Positions 35,494 to 47,119 of a stretch of 64,000 bases of DNA are shown in pieces (within the stretch, counting starts at the first letter, position 1; every line of letters starts with the position of its first letter). Below the pieces are notes generated by a model. That model was not told the origin of the DNA. It saw only the letters and a program-made list of their open reading frames with translations, and made no database searches. Both the position numbers and the translations under genes were made by a program. Source of the DNA: Vicugna vicugna (lineage: Eukaryota); the NCBI GenBank assembly GCA_013265495.1, contig MU058423.1, forward strand, positions 509,061-573,060, read 5' to 3'.

Positions 35494-36204
35494 TGTTACT
35501 GAAGTGGTCGACGGGGCCTGCGCCAGGGTCCTTGCCAGGGCTGAGACCCTTTGTCTCAGCCAGGGAGACTCTTTTTCTGATCAGCTTCGCGCAGCCAATA
35601 ACGAAACCAATGCTGAGACTGGAACAGCACAAGCTGTATTCAATGGCCAAAGAACGGAGAAGCGGGAACCTGGTTTGCAAATCAGCTTTTCCACCCAATT
35701 CGGGTGGAGACACCAAATACATAGGAGGGTCGAGGTAAAAGGGAGGGAATCGGAAAGAGTGGGAGGAATATTCATGAGTTATTGGAGAATAGGGGTGTGG
35801 TTTAGGCCTGGAACTGATGCACCCCTCCTTTTGAGTTCCTGGACGGGCTTTCCCGGCTGTCGTCATGGCGACCGTCAACTGTCATGGCGCCTGTGGGTCT
35901 GTCATTTAGCATGCTAATGAATTACAATGAGTGTATAATGAGGCTCGAGGTCAACTGGAAGGCAAATCTTCCGCCATCTTGGGCCTAAATGGTCTTAACC
36001 GGTGCTTGTTTGTTTTTCTTTTAGCAGCTTCCTCCTGAACTTAGGTAAGAGTAATTGGTTTCTATGCGAGGCGGGCAGGGATATGATTCTGGGGTGCCGG
36101 CCTTGGTAAGGCGCTGTGCACCTGACTGCGGGTGCCTGGCGCTGGCGGGCGCGGCGCGCACCTCCCCGCAGCAGAGGCCTTCCTCCCCGCGCCTCGCTCC
36201 CACA
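35494..36204 (-). mobile_element. ERV1-class-like solo LTR, CpG-rich and probably young
   Basis: TG..CA termini (TGTTACTGAA..CTCCCACA). Contains GTCATGGCGACCGTCAACTGTCATGGCGCC, a motif I associate with MER4/MER41-group LTRs, a YY1-like CGCCATCTT and many intact CpGs. No clean TSD found. Confidence 0.75.
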
Positions 36205-37178
36205 GAGCCCCTCACCGTCTGAAGGTTGAGAAGCCACCCAGAACCAGGTGAGCTCTTTTCTGTCTGAGGCTGTGCACTGAGATAAGGATTTCAGTGCAGT
36301 GAGTCCAGGGAGTGGTGAACCCCAGACGCACCAGCAGGTACAGAGGGGAAGGAAGCCGTTGCAAGGTGTTATTGAGCCGGTGACCGCTTTGGGCAAGTGG
36401 GCTCAGTCTTCTGGGGCCGCTGGGAGATGGTTCTGGACAGGCTTCACGCTTGTCCCACTGAAGAGGGCGGAGCTGGGGTACTGATTCCATAACCTCCTGT
36501 TGGTATTGGCTGAGACCAGCACCCAGAGACAGCAACTCCCTGGGAACAGGTCAGAGAAGACTTGGGGTGAGGACAGCAGCACGCAGAAGGACACCATTGG
36601 CTTTTACCTGAATAAAGAATGATGAGAGCATATGGGCGGGGCACTGTGTTCACAACCTCTCTTTCCTGTTTTCAGTCCTGGTCCTGTCGCTGAGGTCTCA
36701 CTCCCCTTCAGCCCCTCAGGGAGACTTTCCTAATGGCCTATTGGAAACAACACCCTCTCATTCTATACCCCTCCCCTATTGATTTCTCTTTATAGCACTT
36801 ATTACTCCTTAATATATTATGTATCTGGGTTTTTTCTTGTCTGAATCATCTCAGTGCGGGAAAAGACAGTAAACAAATATTTAATGTATCAAGCAGTCAT
36901 AAATACAAAAGAGAAAATTAAAGCAGAGAAGAAAGAGTTAGGAATGTCACATGGGGATGGGTTGCTATTTTATATGGCAGGTTGTGTGTATCAAGGTGGT
37001 CCTCCTTGATAAGATGTCACTGAGTGGACAGAAACCTTTAGAAAGTAAGGGAGTGAGAAAGCTTTCCAGGCAGAGGAAACAGCAGGTACAAAGGTCCTGA
37101 GGTGGAAGCATGTTTGGCTTATCTAGGGCCAACATTGTGGGAGCACAGTCCTTGAAGGGGAGAGGAAGCAGATGAGGT

Positions 37179-37231
37179 CAGACAGGTAATGGGGAAATCT
37201 GACAGACAGGTAATGGGGAAATCTGACAGAC
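37179..37231. repeat. Perfect 24-bp tandem duplication (2.2 copies) inside L2
   Basis: CAGACAGGTAATGGGGAAATCTGA twice, followed by CAGAC. Confidence 0.95.
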
Positions 37232-37265
37232 CGTTAGGTCTCAGTGATGACTTGGGATTTTACTC

Positions 37266-37711
37266 TGTATTAGTCAGGGTTCTCCAGAACCAACTGGATG
37301 TTTGTTTGTTTGTTTATTTTAAGGAATTATCTTCTGCAATTATGGAGGCTGAGAAGTCCCAAGGTCTGCCATTCACAACTCAGAGACCCACGTGTCTGTG
37401 GGATCATAGGCTTGAGACCCAGAAAGAACCAGTGTTTCAGTTTGAGTCTGAAGGCAGGAAAAGACTGAAGTCCCAGTGCAAGCAATTAGGCAGGAACGCC
37501 CTCTTACTCAGCCTGTTTGTTCTATTCAAGCCTCTAAGGGATTGGATGAGGCCCACCCACATCAGGGAACGTAATCTGCTTTACTTAGTCTGCTGAATCA
37601 AATGTTAATCTCATCCAGAAACACCCCAAACAGACACAACCAAAATAATGTTTGACCAAGTGTCTTGTCTCTCTGTGGCTCTGTCAAGTTGACATAAAAT
37701 TAACCATCACA
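37266..37711 (-). mobile_element. ERVL solo LTR, MLT2B-like, inserted in L2
   Basis: Starts TGTATTAGTCAGGGTTCTCCAGA, contains GATTGGATGAGGCCCACCCACAT and AAATGTTAATCTCATCCAGAAACACCC, and ends GTCAAGTTGACATAAAATTAACCATCACA. Confidence 0.92.
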
Positions 37712-38456
37712 TTCCAAGTAAGATGGGGAGACCTTGAAAGTTTCAGAGATGAATGATATAATCAGACTTGTGTTTTTAAAAGACAACTCTGGCTGCTGTG
37801 TGGAGAAAAGCCTGCAAAGGGCATGAGTGGATTAGAGAGAATATTTCAGAGGCTATTGCAATAATCTATGCAAGAGGTGGTGATAACTTGGATCAGGATG
37901 ATTCTAAGTGGATGTGGTAAGTGGTTGGATGCTGGATATAGGACTCATTGATAGCTTGGAATGTGGGATGTGAGAGGAGAGATGCCAGCATGATCTCAAG
38001 GTCTTGGGCCTGAGCAATAAGAAGTAGGAGTTTCCACTAATTGAGATGAGGAAGACTGCCTGGAACTGGTGGTTTGATGAGCTATATTAGGTGTTAGGTT
38101 TTGGACATGCCAAGTTCAAGATGTCTATTTACACCTAGGCAGAAATGTGGATAGGCCATTGGATATATTTAACTGGAATTTAAGGGTGTGGCTTTGTTCA
38201 CCTTGGTACTCAATAAATACTTGTTGAATGAATGACTGTATGACTGATCAGGTTTCTCCCAGAAGCTTCCAAAAGCCTTCTGTATATCACTAATTTCCAT
38301 GGTCTAGAGAGAGACCACCCCTAGCAGGTGACAACAAGTGTCTGCTCTAGAACAAAACCCCATCAAGCTGTTGGTCATGATGATTTAGCTAATTCTCTAA
38401 CCTAATAGAATCAGTGATTCTCACTGGCATTGCAATCACCTGAAGACCTTTTAAAA

Positions 38457-39567
38457 ATTATTTATTTATTTTTAATTGATGTATATTTGATTTACAATGT
38501 TGTGTTAGTTTCTGGTGTACAGCATAGTGATTCAGTTATACACATCTATTCTTGTTCATGCTCTTTTCCATTATAGGTTATTACAAGCTATTGAATATAA
38601 TAAATAACCAACAAGTTTCTACTGTAGAGCACAGGGAACTCTACTCAGTATCTTATAGTAACATATAATGAAAAAGAATATGAAAAAGAATGTATATATG
38701 TGTGTATGACTGAAACATTATGCTGTACACCAGGAACTGACACAACATTGTAAACTGACTGTACTTCAATTTAAAAAAGATGTTGAATATAGTCCCCTGT
38801 CCTATACAGGAGAACCTTGTTGTTACTCTATTTTATATATAGTAGTTTGTATTTGCTAATCCCAAACTCTTAAATTATCCTTCCCCCTCACCCTTTCCTC
38901 TTTGGTAACCATGAATTTGTTTTCTATGTCTGTGAGTCCTTCTGTTTTGTAAATAAGTTTATCTGAATCTTTTTTTTTTGAGATTCCTCATATGAGTGAT
39001 ACCATATGACATTTGTCTTTCTCTTTCTGACTTATTTCACTTAGTATAATAATCTCTAGGTCTATTTATATTGCTGTAAATGGCTTTATTTCATTCTTTT
39101 TTATGGCTGAGTGTATATATATATATACACATACATATATATGTATATTTTATCTTCTTTATCCATTCATCAGTTGATGGACATTTAGGTTGCTTTCATG
39201 TCTTGGCTATCGTTAAGTAGTGCTGCTATGAACATTGGGATGCATGTATCTTTTTGAATTAGAGTTTTCTCCAGATATATGCCCAGGAGTGGGATTGTTG
39301 GATCATATGGTTATACTCTATTTTTTGTTTTTTAAGGAATTTCCATACTGTTTTCTATAGTGGCTGCACCAAATTACATTCCCACCATAGTGTAGGAGGG
39401 TTCCCTTTTCTCCACACCCTCTCCAGTGTTTATTGTTTGTGGAATTTTTAATGATGGGCATTCTGACCGATGTGAGGTGATACCTCATTGCAGTTTTGAT
39501 TTGCATTTCTCTGATAATTAGCAATATTGAACATCTTTTCATGTGCCTATTGGCCATCTGTATATAG
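38457..39567 (-). mobile_element. 5'-truncated L1 (ORF2 C-terminus plus 3'UTR) with TSD
   Basis: ORF 39318..39557 [42 protein letters not shown] is the L1 ORF2 C-terminal region. TSD CTGAAGAC(C)TTTTAAAA at 38440-38456 and 39568-39583. Confidence 0.95.
38600..38776 (+). mobile_element. Short young L1 3' end inserted antisense into the L1 above
   Basis: CTACTGTAGAGCACAGGGAACTCTACTCAGTATC..GCTGTACACCAGGAACTGACACAACATTGTAAACTGACTGTACTTCAAT. TSD AAG(C/A)T(A/G)TTGAATATA at 38585-38599 and 38777-38791. Confidence 0.92.
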
Positions 39568-39810
39568 CTGAAGACTTTTAAAACATTCTATTACTCTTCT
39601 CCCTGATTCTGATTCAGTTGGCCTGGAGTGGGCCTGTACATTGGCAGTTTTAAAAGGTCCTCACATGATTATAAAGCATATCCAGAGGTTGAGGACTGCC
39701 TTAACTGTTCGCTGAGACTTAAAACTGTCAGCTCTTTTGTCAAGCCCCTAGGACAATTCTGAAGCCTTGGGCGGAAATGTCTGAAAAATACCATCAATTA
39801 CCAGAAGAGT

Positions 39811-39945
39811 GGGGGAGGGTATAGCTCAGTGGCAGAGTGCCTGCTTAGCATGCACAGAGTCCTGGGTTCAATCCCCAGTACCTCCATTAATAAACAAGTA
39901 AACAAACAAACAAACCTAATTATCTACCCCCCAAAAAAATTAAAG
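39811..39945 (+). mobile_element. tRNA-Ala-derived SINE (camelid Vic-1-like)
   Basis: GGGGAGGGTATAGCTCAGTGGCAGAGTGCCTGCTTAGCATGCACAGAGTCCTGGGTTCAATCCCCAGTACCTCCA. Box A 39822-39832, AGC anticodon-like loop 39845-39851, box B 39865-39875. Followed by a unique tail (AAACCTAATTATCTACCCCCC) and an A-run. Confidence 0.88.
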
Positions 39946-40290
39946 AGAAAAGATTTATGTAAAGAGATTTGTCACGATATTATATTTAATAGCTATAATT
40001 TAGAAGCAACCAAATGGAATATTATGCAGCCAGAATAGATGATTTTGTTAACAGTGTAATAACTTGGAAACATGCTTATGAGAGATGGTCAAGTCAAAAA
40101 AGAAAAATGGCAAATTGTGTCTACATTATGCATGCAACTATGTAAAATTATGCATGCATAAAAATAAAGCACTGTAAGTAAACGAAGAAAAATGAAAGCA
40201 GTTGACTTGTTAGTTTAATAGGATAGTGGATGATGCTTCTTTCTCTTTTAAATTATTTCTTTATTGTTGCAGTAAGTAACAGAAATAAAG
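39946..40290 (+). mobile_element. Old L1ME-like 3' fragment
   Basis: AATTTAGAAGCAACCAAATGGAATATTATGCAGCC..ACTTGGAAACATGCTTATG. Confidence 0.65.
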
Positions 40291-40439
40291 AAATGGCAAT
40301 ATTACTTTAAGCACAAAGCCAGATTCCCTGCCTCCCTGGAGAGAGGCTTCTTTAGAGCCTAAAAGTCCTTAGGCTTTTTTCTCTTACCATCTCTGTGACA
40401 TTGAGATCAACTTCTGGACTCGAAAAGTTTCTTCTTTGC

Positions 40440-41470
40440 CTCTTATATGCCTCATATCTGCCAGCACAATGCTAGCTACTGTGGCCAGGGGATACATAAA
40501 TCAATCTCTGCTCTGCAGGAGCTCACTGTAAAGAGGCAGAGATTAACACATAAGTAAACATTACAATAACTGTAAGACAGTTCCATCCATGAGCATGTTA
40601 ATAGGGATGTGAGCAAAATTCCTGTGTAAGTGCAGATAAATTTGTTCCAAGGGAAACTGGGAAGGCAGAAAAGAGGAGGTGACATTTGATCTGGGTGTTG
40701 AAGGATAAGTAGGAGTTCGCCAGGTAGGAAATGGATGGCTATAGGTTGGGGTGGGGAAGAAATGGCATTCCAAACAGAATGTGTAAGGGCAAAGAGTTAT
40801 AAAAGGCATAGGAAAGGTTTAGGAAATGGCAAATAGTTAGATCTGGGTGGAATATATTTATTTATTAATATACTCAACAAGTGATTATTGAGTATTTTTT
40901 CTGTCTCAGACATTGGGCTAGATATTGGGAAGACCGTGAGTTATCAACCTTGTCTATGCCTTGAATACTGATCATAAGAATAGCAGATTTTTTTTAGTGC
41001 TTAAAATGTATTGACTGATGTATTCCTTTTAATAGTCATATGAGAGGCACTCTTATTTCCATTTACAAATGATGAAATTGAAACTTAGAAAAGTTCAAGG
41101 ACTTGTCTACAGCTATACAGTCACCATGCAATGGAGCTCCTGGAGCTTATAATCTAGTGGAGGAAATAGACAAAGAGACAAATGATCACAAAGTGATGAG
41201 TCTAAAATAGAGGTCAGGGAGCTCAGAGGAGAGGTCTAGAAGCAGTCAAGGTGGACTTCTTGAAGGTGAGTTAAGCTGAGTCCTGGAGGATGAGGAGGCA
41301 TTAGCTATGGAAAGTGGAGACGTGGGGAAGAAAGAGAGGGGCTTTATGGTGCTGATGGTGACAGAGCTGGTAAGACAGGTTGGGGCCAGTTCATGAGACA
41401 TCCTTGAATGTCCTGGTAGAGAGTTGAGACTTTATTCTGTAAGCAATGGTGAATTAACAAGTTCTTGTTC
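40440..41470 (-). mobile_element. Cluster of minus-strand L2 fragments with an embedded MIR (~40970-41140)
   Basis: GGAGGTGACATTTGATCTGGGTGTTGAAGGATAAGTAGGAGTTCGCCAGG and GGAGCTTATAATCTAGTGG are L2-like. CCATTTACAAATGATGAAATTGAAACTTAG is a MIR core. Confidence 0.75.
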
Positions 41471-42299
41471 TCTTCTTAATCTGGAGACTGAATCATTTTG
41501 GCAATGATTCAGCCACACCAAACATGAACTCTCAGTGACTTGGGCTAATGAGGAGAAGAATGGCATAGATAATCTAAAAATAATGGACAGTGGAAAGGAC
41601 TTCGGCCTGCTCATAGAGTGTACCAGGTGATGATTTGCTGCAATGAGGGAGCAGCTGATTGGCTTCATTCATGAAAGATTCTACTCTGGTTGATGTCAGA
41701 TCTGATATCATGTCGGTCTCAGTATCACAAGGGCTGGGGAAAGAAACTCCCTTCTGGTCCAGTGTAGCAGAATAAAAACATTAACTGAGCCCCAGTTATG
41801 CTAGGGTTTTCCACCGCTGTATCTCTAAGACATAAAGAGGACCTAGAAAGGTGGAAGTGAGTTCACTGTCCCCCAGGGGCTGTGGTTGCTGGGATGGCTG
41901 ATTTTATGAAAGCTCTGGCTTCAGGATGAAGGGTGCATTGTGACTAATACCGTGAGCTGCACGGAGCAGCCAATTGAAAAATCCATAAAAGTTGGAGCCT
42001 CACAGGAAGCACTGACCCTGAAGACCATAAGCCTGGAGAGGGGATTTGTTTTCACATTTTTATTGTGATAATGCGGAAACATTCTGTGAGTAGAATCCAG
42101 GGGGCCATCAAGTCTATGCTCAGGTGGCTGTAAGGGAAGGGGTTTTGACCCTGCTCTGAGAAAGCTGTCTTGGGGCCCAGGCAAAGACTGTGTTACTGTG
42201 TTAGAACCCTCAGTAGTTAAGAGAAAGTTCTGGGTTGAATTGGGAAAGGGACTTATAAATAACTACAAGATACTGAACTAACTGTGCCCCTTTCTGTGC

Positions 42300-42440
42300 T
42301 GGGTACAGTCCTGGATGCAGAGACTTGAGGTCAAGTCTCAGCTCTGTCGCTAACTTGGGCAGATCACGTCATCTCTCTACTCCTGTTTCCTTCATGGTGA
42401 CACCAGAGGGTCAGACTAGATGGTACCTAGACCTCCCCCA
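42300..42440 (+). mobile_element. MIR3-like fragment
   Basis: AGACTTGAGGTCAAGTCTCAGCTCTGTCGCTAACTTGGGCAGATCAC..CTGTTTCCTTCAT..AGACTAGATGG. Confidence 0.55.
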
Positions 42441-44379
42441 GGCTCAGCTGTCTCCCACGTGTGGATGAGAGAAACCAAAAACCTGATAAAGACTGCAAAA
42501 GAGCAAATTTGCTCCTAACACCCAGAGTTTCTGAGAGCTGGATGTTGGAGTGGTCTGCCTTGGGTGCAAGGGATAAGAAGTGCATTGTCTATGGAGGATT
42601 TGAAAAGAATAATAAAACCAAGGAGAAGTCAGTCTGCTTTTTATTATCATGATGCATTGACAAGTCCAAGGGTTGTCAGTGATAAAATACTCCTCCTCAC
42701 CTGGGGCGAACCACTCCCCTTGTCCCCCCTCCTGGGTGTGCCGCTGTTTATCTGTACCATTCTTTTTTTATTCAGTGCTCTTTCAATTCCTCTGACTGCG
42801 TAGGGAGAGAATCCCTCTAAGGTGTTAACTCTTTCGCTACCACCTCTTAGCATTGATTTGTGTCTAGTAAGAAAGAGTGATGCGTTACTTTGAGTCCTTT
42901 TTTTTTTTTTTTTTAGCAAGGAGAGTGTGCTACAGCAGTGGACGGGAGTGGCTCCAAGGAAGCAGGACAATAAAAATGGAGACCAGAGTATGGAGTGAGA
43001 TGTGGAATGGGTTGGGTAGGTGGCTTAGGAAGTCAAGTTCCAGCACATGGCCTGTAGAGAGGGTGAGGACAGCCCCACAAAGACCCAGGTCAGGCTGGAC
43101 ATATGGTGCTTAAGGACAGAGCCTGCCCCATCCCAGTTCTGATTTCTCAGGTCCTGGCTCTTTGACTTTTTCTTGGAGCTGCCCTTTGCCACAGCTCAGT
43201 TGGATTTCTTGGATATGATCTGCTCTGCACTCCTCAAGGCACACCACCCACCATTGTTCTTTGGATTCGTTCCCTCCCTGACCTGTCTTGGGTGTCTAGG
43301 ATATGAAGGGACTTTGCCACCCTTGTGTATCCTGCATGACGCCTCCCTTCTGCATGCTTGGTCCCTTGGTGCCCAACCTTCTCGGTGATGCTGCTGCTTC
43401 AGGGTGTGTCCACACTCTCCCGGGAGCCATTCTCCGTCACAGTAAAATCATTTGCACACATTCTGTGGAGCTAGATGGGCTGCTCTGTAGAGGACAGAGG
43501 GGTCTCCCAGAAAACTAGGAGTGTGATGGGGGAGGAGACTGGAGAAAGGATGTAGAAGCTGAATAGAGAGATCCCTGCCAAACTAAATAAAAAGTTTTGT
43601 CTTTGTATCTATTTTGTTTTGTTTTGTTGCAAAGTGAGGGCCAAGCTTGGAACCATTAAATTGACAAACAACCCAAGCCAACCCAACCCAGTTCTAACCA
43701 AACTGTGAGGACTGAATTCTGGTTGCTCACAGATAAACAATTTGCTTAATTTTGTCCTTTACACACAACAGACACATAGTCCCTCTTGCCCATTTATTTC
43801 TTGATTGTGATCCTAAGATGATCGATTTATTCTGGCAGGAAGAGGAAAGGGATGGACAGCTTCCACTGGAGTTTGATTTCTTTAACCCTTTCTTTTTTGA
43901 CTCTAAAAGCCACACATGCTTAATGTAGACAGCTGAGGAAATGAAAATTCCAGATCAAAATAACTCCTTAATGGGAATCCCATCACCAGAGATGACTACT
44001 GTCACCTTGCAGCTGGGGGATGGCTGGGGACATTCTCTGTGTGAGGGCTTGCTTGAACTGGAGGCCCTCATGACACCAGCCATCTCTAGACCTGGTGGAA
44101 GAGAGGTTACCTGTCCCAGCCCAACAAAAACTACTGGCTCTCCCTCGGTTGGTCCCCTGAAGGTCTGGGATGTTGTGTTTCTTCTGACTCTCTGGCCTCT
44201 GCTCCAGTCTCTGGAGCTGTGTCGATTGTCTTTTGAAATCTTTCTTCATGCTCACTGTTGGCATACTTGACATTTCACACATATGCACACACATGCAAAA
44301 TTATTTATTAAAATGAAGTCAGTTTAAACTTATTTTATTCACAGATATTGATTTATAACACCATACAACATTCTGATGT

Positions 44380-44898
44380 CGTGATGAACATTTATCATTT
44401 CTTTGGGCTGTTCAGCAAGCAGTATCTCTACCCTAGTTGTGAGAAACCCCCCTTGTGTGTGAACCACTCTTCCCTCGCAATGGAAAGCAAAGGGGAGAGC
44501 CTCTCTCCAGCCCAAGGGCTGTTAGGGAGCCAGTCTGTGACCTTGGCTCAGTCGCTTAAGCACCCCTGTCTCATACATTGAATCTTGAGGGAGCCATGCT
44601 AAGGTCAGGAATGGTTCAGACAAGATTTATGGTGGTGGCAGAGTTGTGGCACTGGGCTGTGCTGGTTTTGTGTATCTCTAGGTGGCAGTGACCTGTGACA
44701 GCAGAGATGCTGTCCTGCCCAGATGGGTCTGAGGAGTGACCTGGACCATTCCTGCTGGCTGTCCTGGGCTCTGGGCGTGTCTTGGAGCCTGCTTCTCCAG
44801 CCTTCTGTTGCTTCTGTGAGCTGTATGATGTTCTTCAAAAATACTCATCTTCTCTTAACGTTAGCCAGACTGCTTATAGCAAACAACCCTAATATATA
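44380..44898 (+). mobile_element. Old MaLR (MLT1) solo LTR
   Basis: Start GTGATGAACATTTATCATTT, internal TGTGACCTTGGCTCAGTC, and end CTTCTGTGAGCT..CTTAACGTTAGCCAGA..AACCCTAATATATAC. Confidence 0.6.
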
Positions 44899-46189
44899 CC
44901 ATTTGATTTTGGTCTTAAAGATTCAAATGCTACCTAGTAACTCACACCATAGTAATTTGAATTTATATTGTAATTTGTAACCTCTGCTTCCCTAGGCCAT
45001 GTAAATGGGGCAGAGGGAGAGGAATGGAGGGGACAAAAATAAATTTCACCATCGTGTCCCCCGGGCTCCATGCTTAGCCTTGATAGTAGGGAACTCTTGG
45101 CCTTCCTTCCGAGAACTCCCACATTTCTGGGCTTCTGGCTGCCTCACACTTAGCCCTGCATCTCCTCCATTGCCTGTACCTGGAGATTTCTGGGGGCTCT
45201 TGCAAGTTTTTCATCTTTCATCCCCATCTGTGTGTGAGCTGCCTGATTTGCTTAAATCGTATTCATGAATCACTTATTCAGGCTGGTTCGTTTTTTTGAA
45301 GAGACCTGGCTATTTCAGTTGTTGCCCTGGGCAATCATCTGGGCCTCAGCAATGGCCATGAACTCAGTAGTGACCTCACGGGCAAATGCCCACAGTCCCT
45401 CTCTGGCCTATCTGCCCAAGTCTTTTCTTCTCTGTCTTTCCACTTCCACCCATACCCAGGGAAATTATTTTCAAGTCTCATGATCTTATCTCAGGTCACC
45501 CCCAGTGTGATCTGGCAAAGTGCAGGGGAGAGAGGGACAGAGAGGGGAGGTGATCTGGAAGAAATCTGTCTAAGAGCTGGAGTGGGAGCTAAGCAGAGAC
45601 CTATGCACATGCTGGGGGCAAAGCCAGGACAGCAGACAGGACACAGCGCTGAAAGGTGCTGAGGATAATGGGCCCAGGAAGATCCCACCTGAGGCCAGAG
45701 TGGGAGGTAAGAATGTAGTTTTTCCAAGCTCCTAGGTCTTATAAGATCTCTAGGAACCCAGGAGGCAGCAAAGAACAGGAGTCCGGGTAGGCAGATGGAG
45801 ATGCAGTGTCCTGGACGCTCAGGGAAGTTCTGCGGCCAAGAACGTGGAAACAAACAGTTCTGGGTTGGAGTAGGGAGTGGTGTTGTGGAACTAGGAAAAA
45901 TAGAATTTTTCTCAGACCACATCTGTATTCTGGGTATTTCAAATCTAAATAGTCCATGGTTAAGAAAGTTTGGGAATTATAGAATTCCAAATTCCTCTTT
46001 TGGAAATTTATGATTCCCATTACTCTATTAAAGGTTTTCAGTCCTAAAATTGCAAACAAAACAAAATCTGTTTAGCAGGCGAATAAACAAGATTATTTGC
46101 ACAGGAGACATTTAAAAAAAAATCAATCCTTTCAACTTCATGAAAATTTAAAGTGGCAGCCAGCTAATTTTTTTTAAAAAAATTATGAC

Positions 46190-46975
46190 TATCTTGCAAT
46201 TCTAAATCAGTATATGTAATACATACAAATGGCTTTAAAATAGTAGTAAAGTATGTTACAAAATAGAATATTACCCATCTGTCTAAAGTCCCATTGTGTG
46301 TCCCTCCTGGTTCACATTCGTCTCCTTTCTCCAGAGGTGATGCCAATCTAAATTTTACCACTTCTGTTTGTATTCCCAAACAATGTATTGTTTAGTTTGA
46401 CTTGTTTTAAATATTGTACCAGTTTGAAATCATCCTGTTTGTAATTTCCTATGAATTGCTTTTTTTGTCTTTTTCTTTTTCTCTTCCTTCTCCTTTCTTT
46501 CCTCCCTCCTTTCTTCCTTTCTTTTTCACTCTGAAAATGCTTTTTCTCATTAAACATTATATTGGTGAGATTCAGCTTCTTGTTGTGTTCTATAATTACT
46601 TCATTTTCATAGTCACTTAATATTCCATTGTAAGAATATATAGCAAGCTATTTATCCATTGTCCTATTGAACACTTGGGGGTATTTCCATTTTTTTCATT
46701 TTTGCTATTACGAACAATGCCATTGTGAACACTCTTGTACTTTCTCCTGTGTACAGGCAAATTTCTCTATGATAAATCCCACAGTGTGGTTATTACTGGA
46801 TCAGACAGGGAGTGTATCATTGACCTCACTAGAGACTGTTTTCCAGAGTGGTTGTACCAACTTACACTGCTATTCATATACTAACCAACACTTACAATTT
46901 CAGAATTTTAATTTTTTTGCACCCTCGTGGGCATGAAATGTCTCATTATGGTTTTTACTTGCATTTCCTGGATTT
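46190..46975 (-). mobile_element. Old L1ME-like 3' region
   Basis: AATATTCCATTGTAAGAATATA..TTTATCCATTGTCCTATTGAACACTTGGGG..TTTTCCAGAGTGGTTGTACCAACTTACAC..TCTCATTATGGTTTTTACTTGCATTTCC. Confidence 0.85.
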
Positions 46976-47119
46976 GCCACCCTCACCTCAATTCTTCCAG
47001 TCTTCTTCACGTGCATGGCCTGGGAAACAGGGGTTACCATTGAGTTTAAAGTTAATATGATATGAGTTACTAAATTTAGCCTTTGTAACTTAAAGATGAA
47101 AATACAGCTTATATAATTC

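Larger units (their letters stand above)
36670..38235. mobile_element. L2 complex: minus-strand L2 (~36855-38190) between two plus-strand L2 pieces (~36670-36850 and ~38190-38235)
   Basis: Plus: TCAGGGAGACTTTCCT..TTTATAGCACTTATTACT. Minus: TTCCAGGCAGAGGAAACAGCAGGTACAAAGGTCCTGAGGTGG..ACTCTGGCTGCTGTGTGGAGAA..TTTTGGACATG. Plus tail: GTACTCAATAAATACTTGTTGAATGAATGA. Confidence 0.85.
38412..39700. mobile_element. hAT-Charlie MER5A-like element split by an L1 (parts ~38412-38456 and ~39568-39700)
   Basis: CAGTGATTCTCA..AATCACCTGAAGACC lies before the L1 and GATTCTGATTCAGTTGGCCTGGAGTGGGCCTG..GGTTGAGGACTG after it. Confidence 0.75.

Noticed and set aside
35414..36535. Cluster of 100-154 aa ORFs
   Set aside because: They lie in or next to a GC-rich LTR with few stop codons and show no retroviral or cellular protein similarity that I recognise.
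39811..39885. Possible tRNA-Ala(AGC) gene
   Set aside because: It is followed by a SINE-type tail and A-run rather than an oligo-T terminator, and has imperfect stems; better explained as a SINE.
44976..45480. Possible additional LTR (TGTAACC..TCTCA)
   Set aside because: Only TG..CA ends and general texture; no diagnostic motif or TSD that I could verify.
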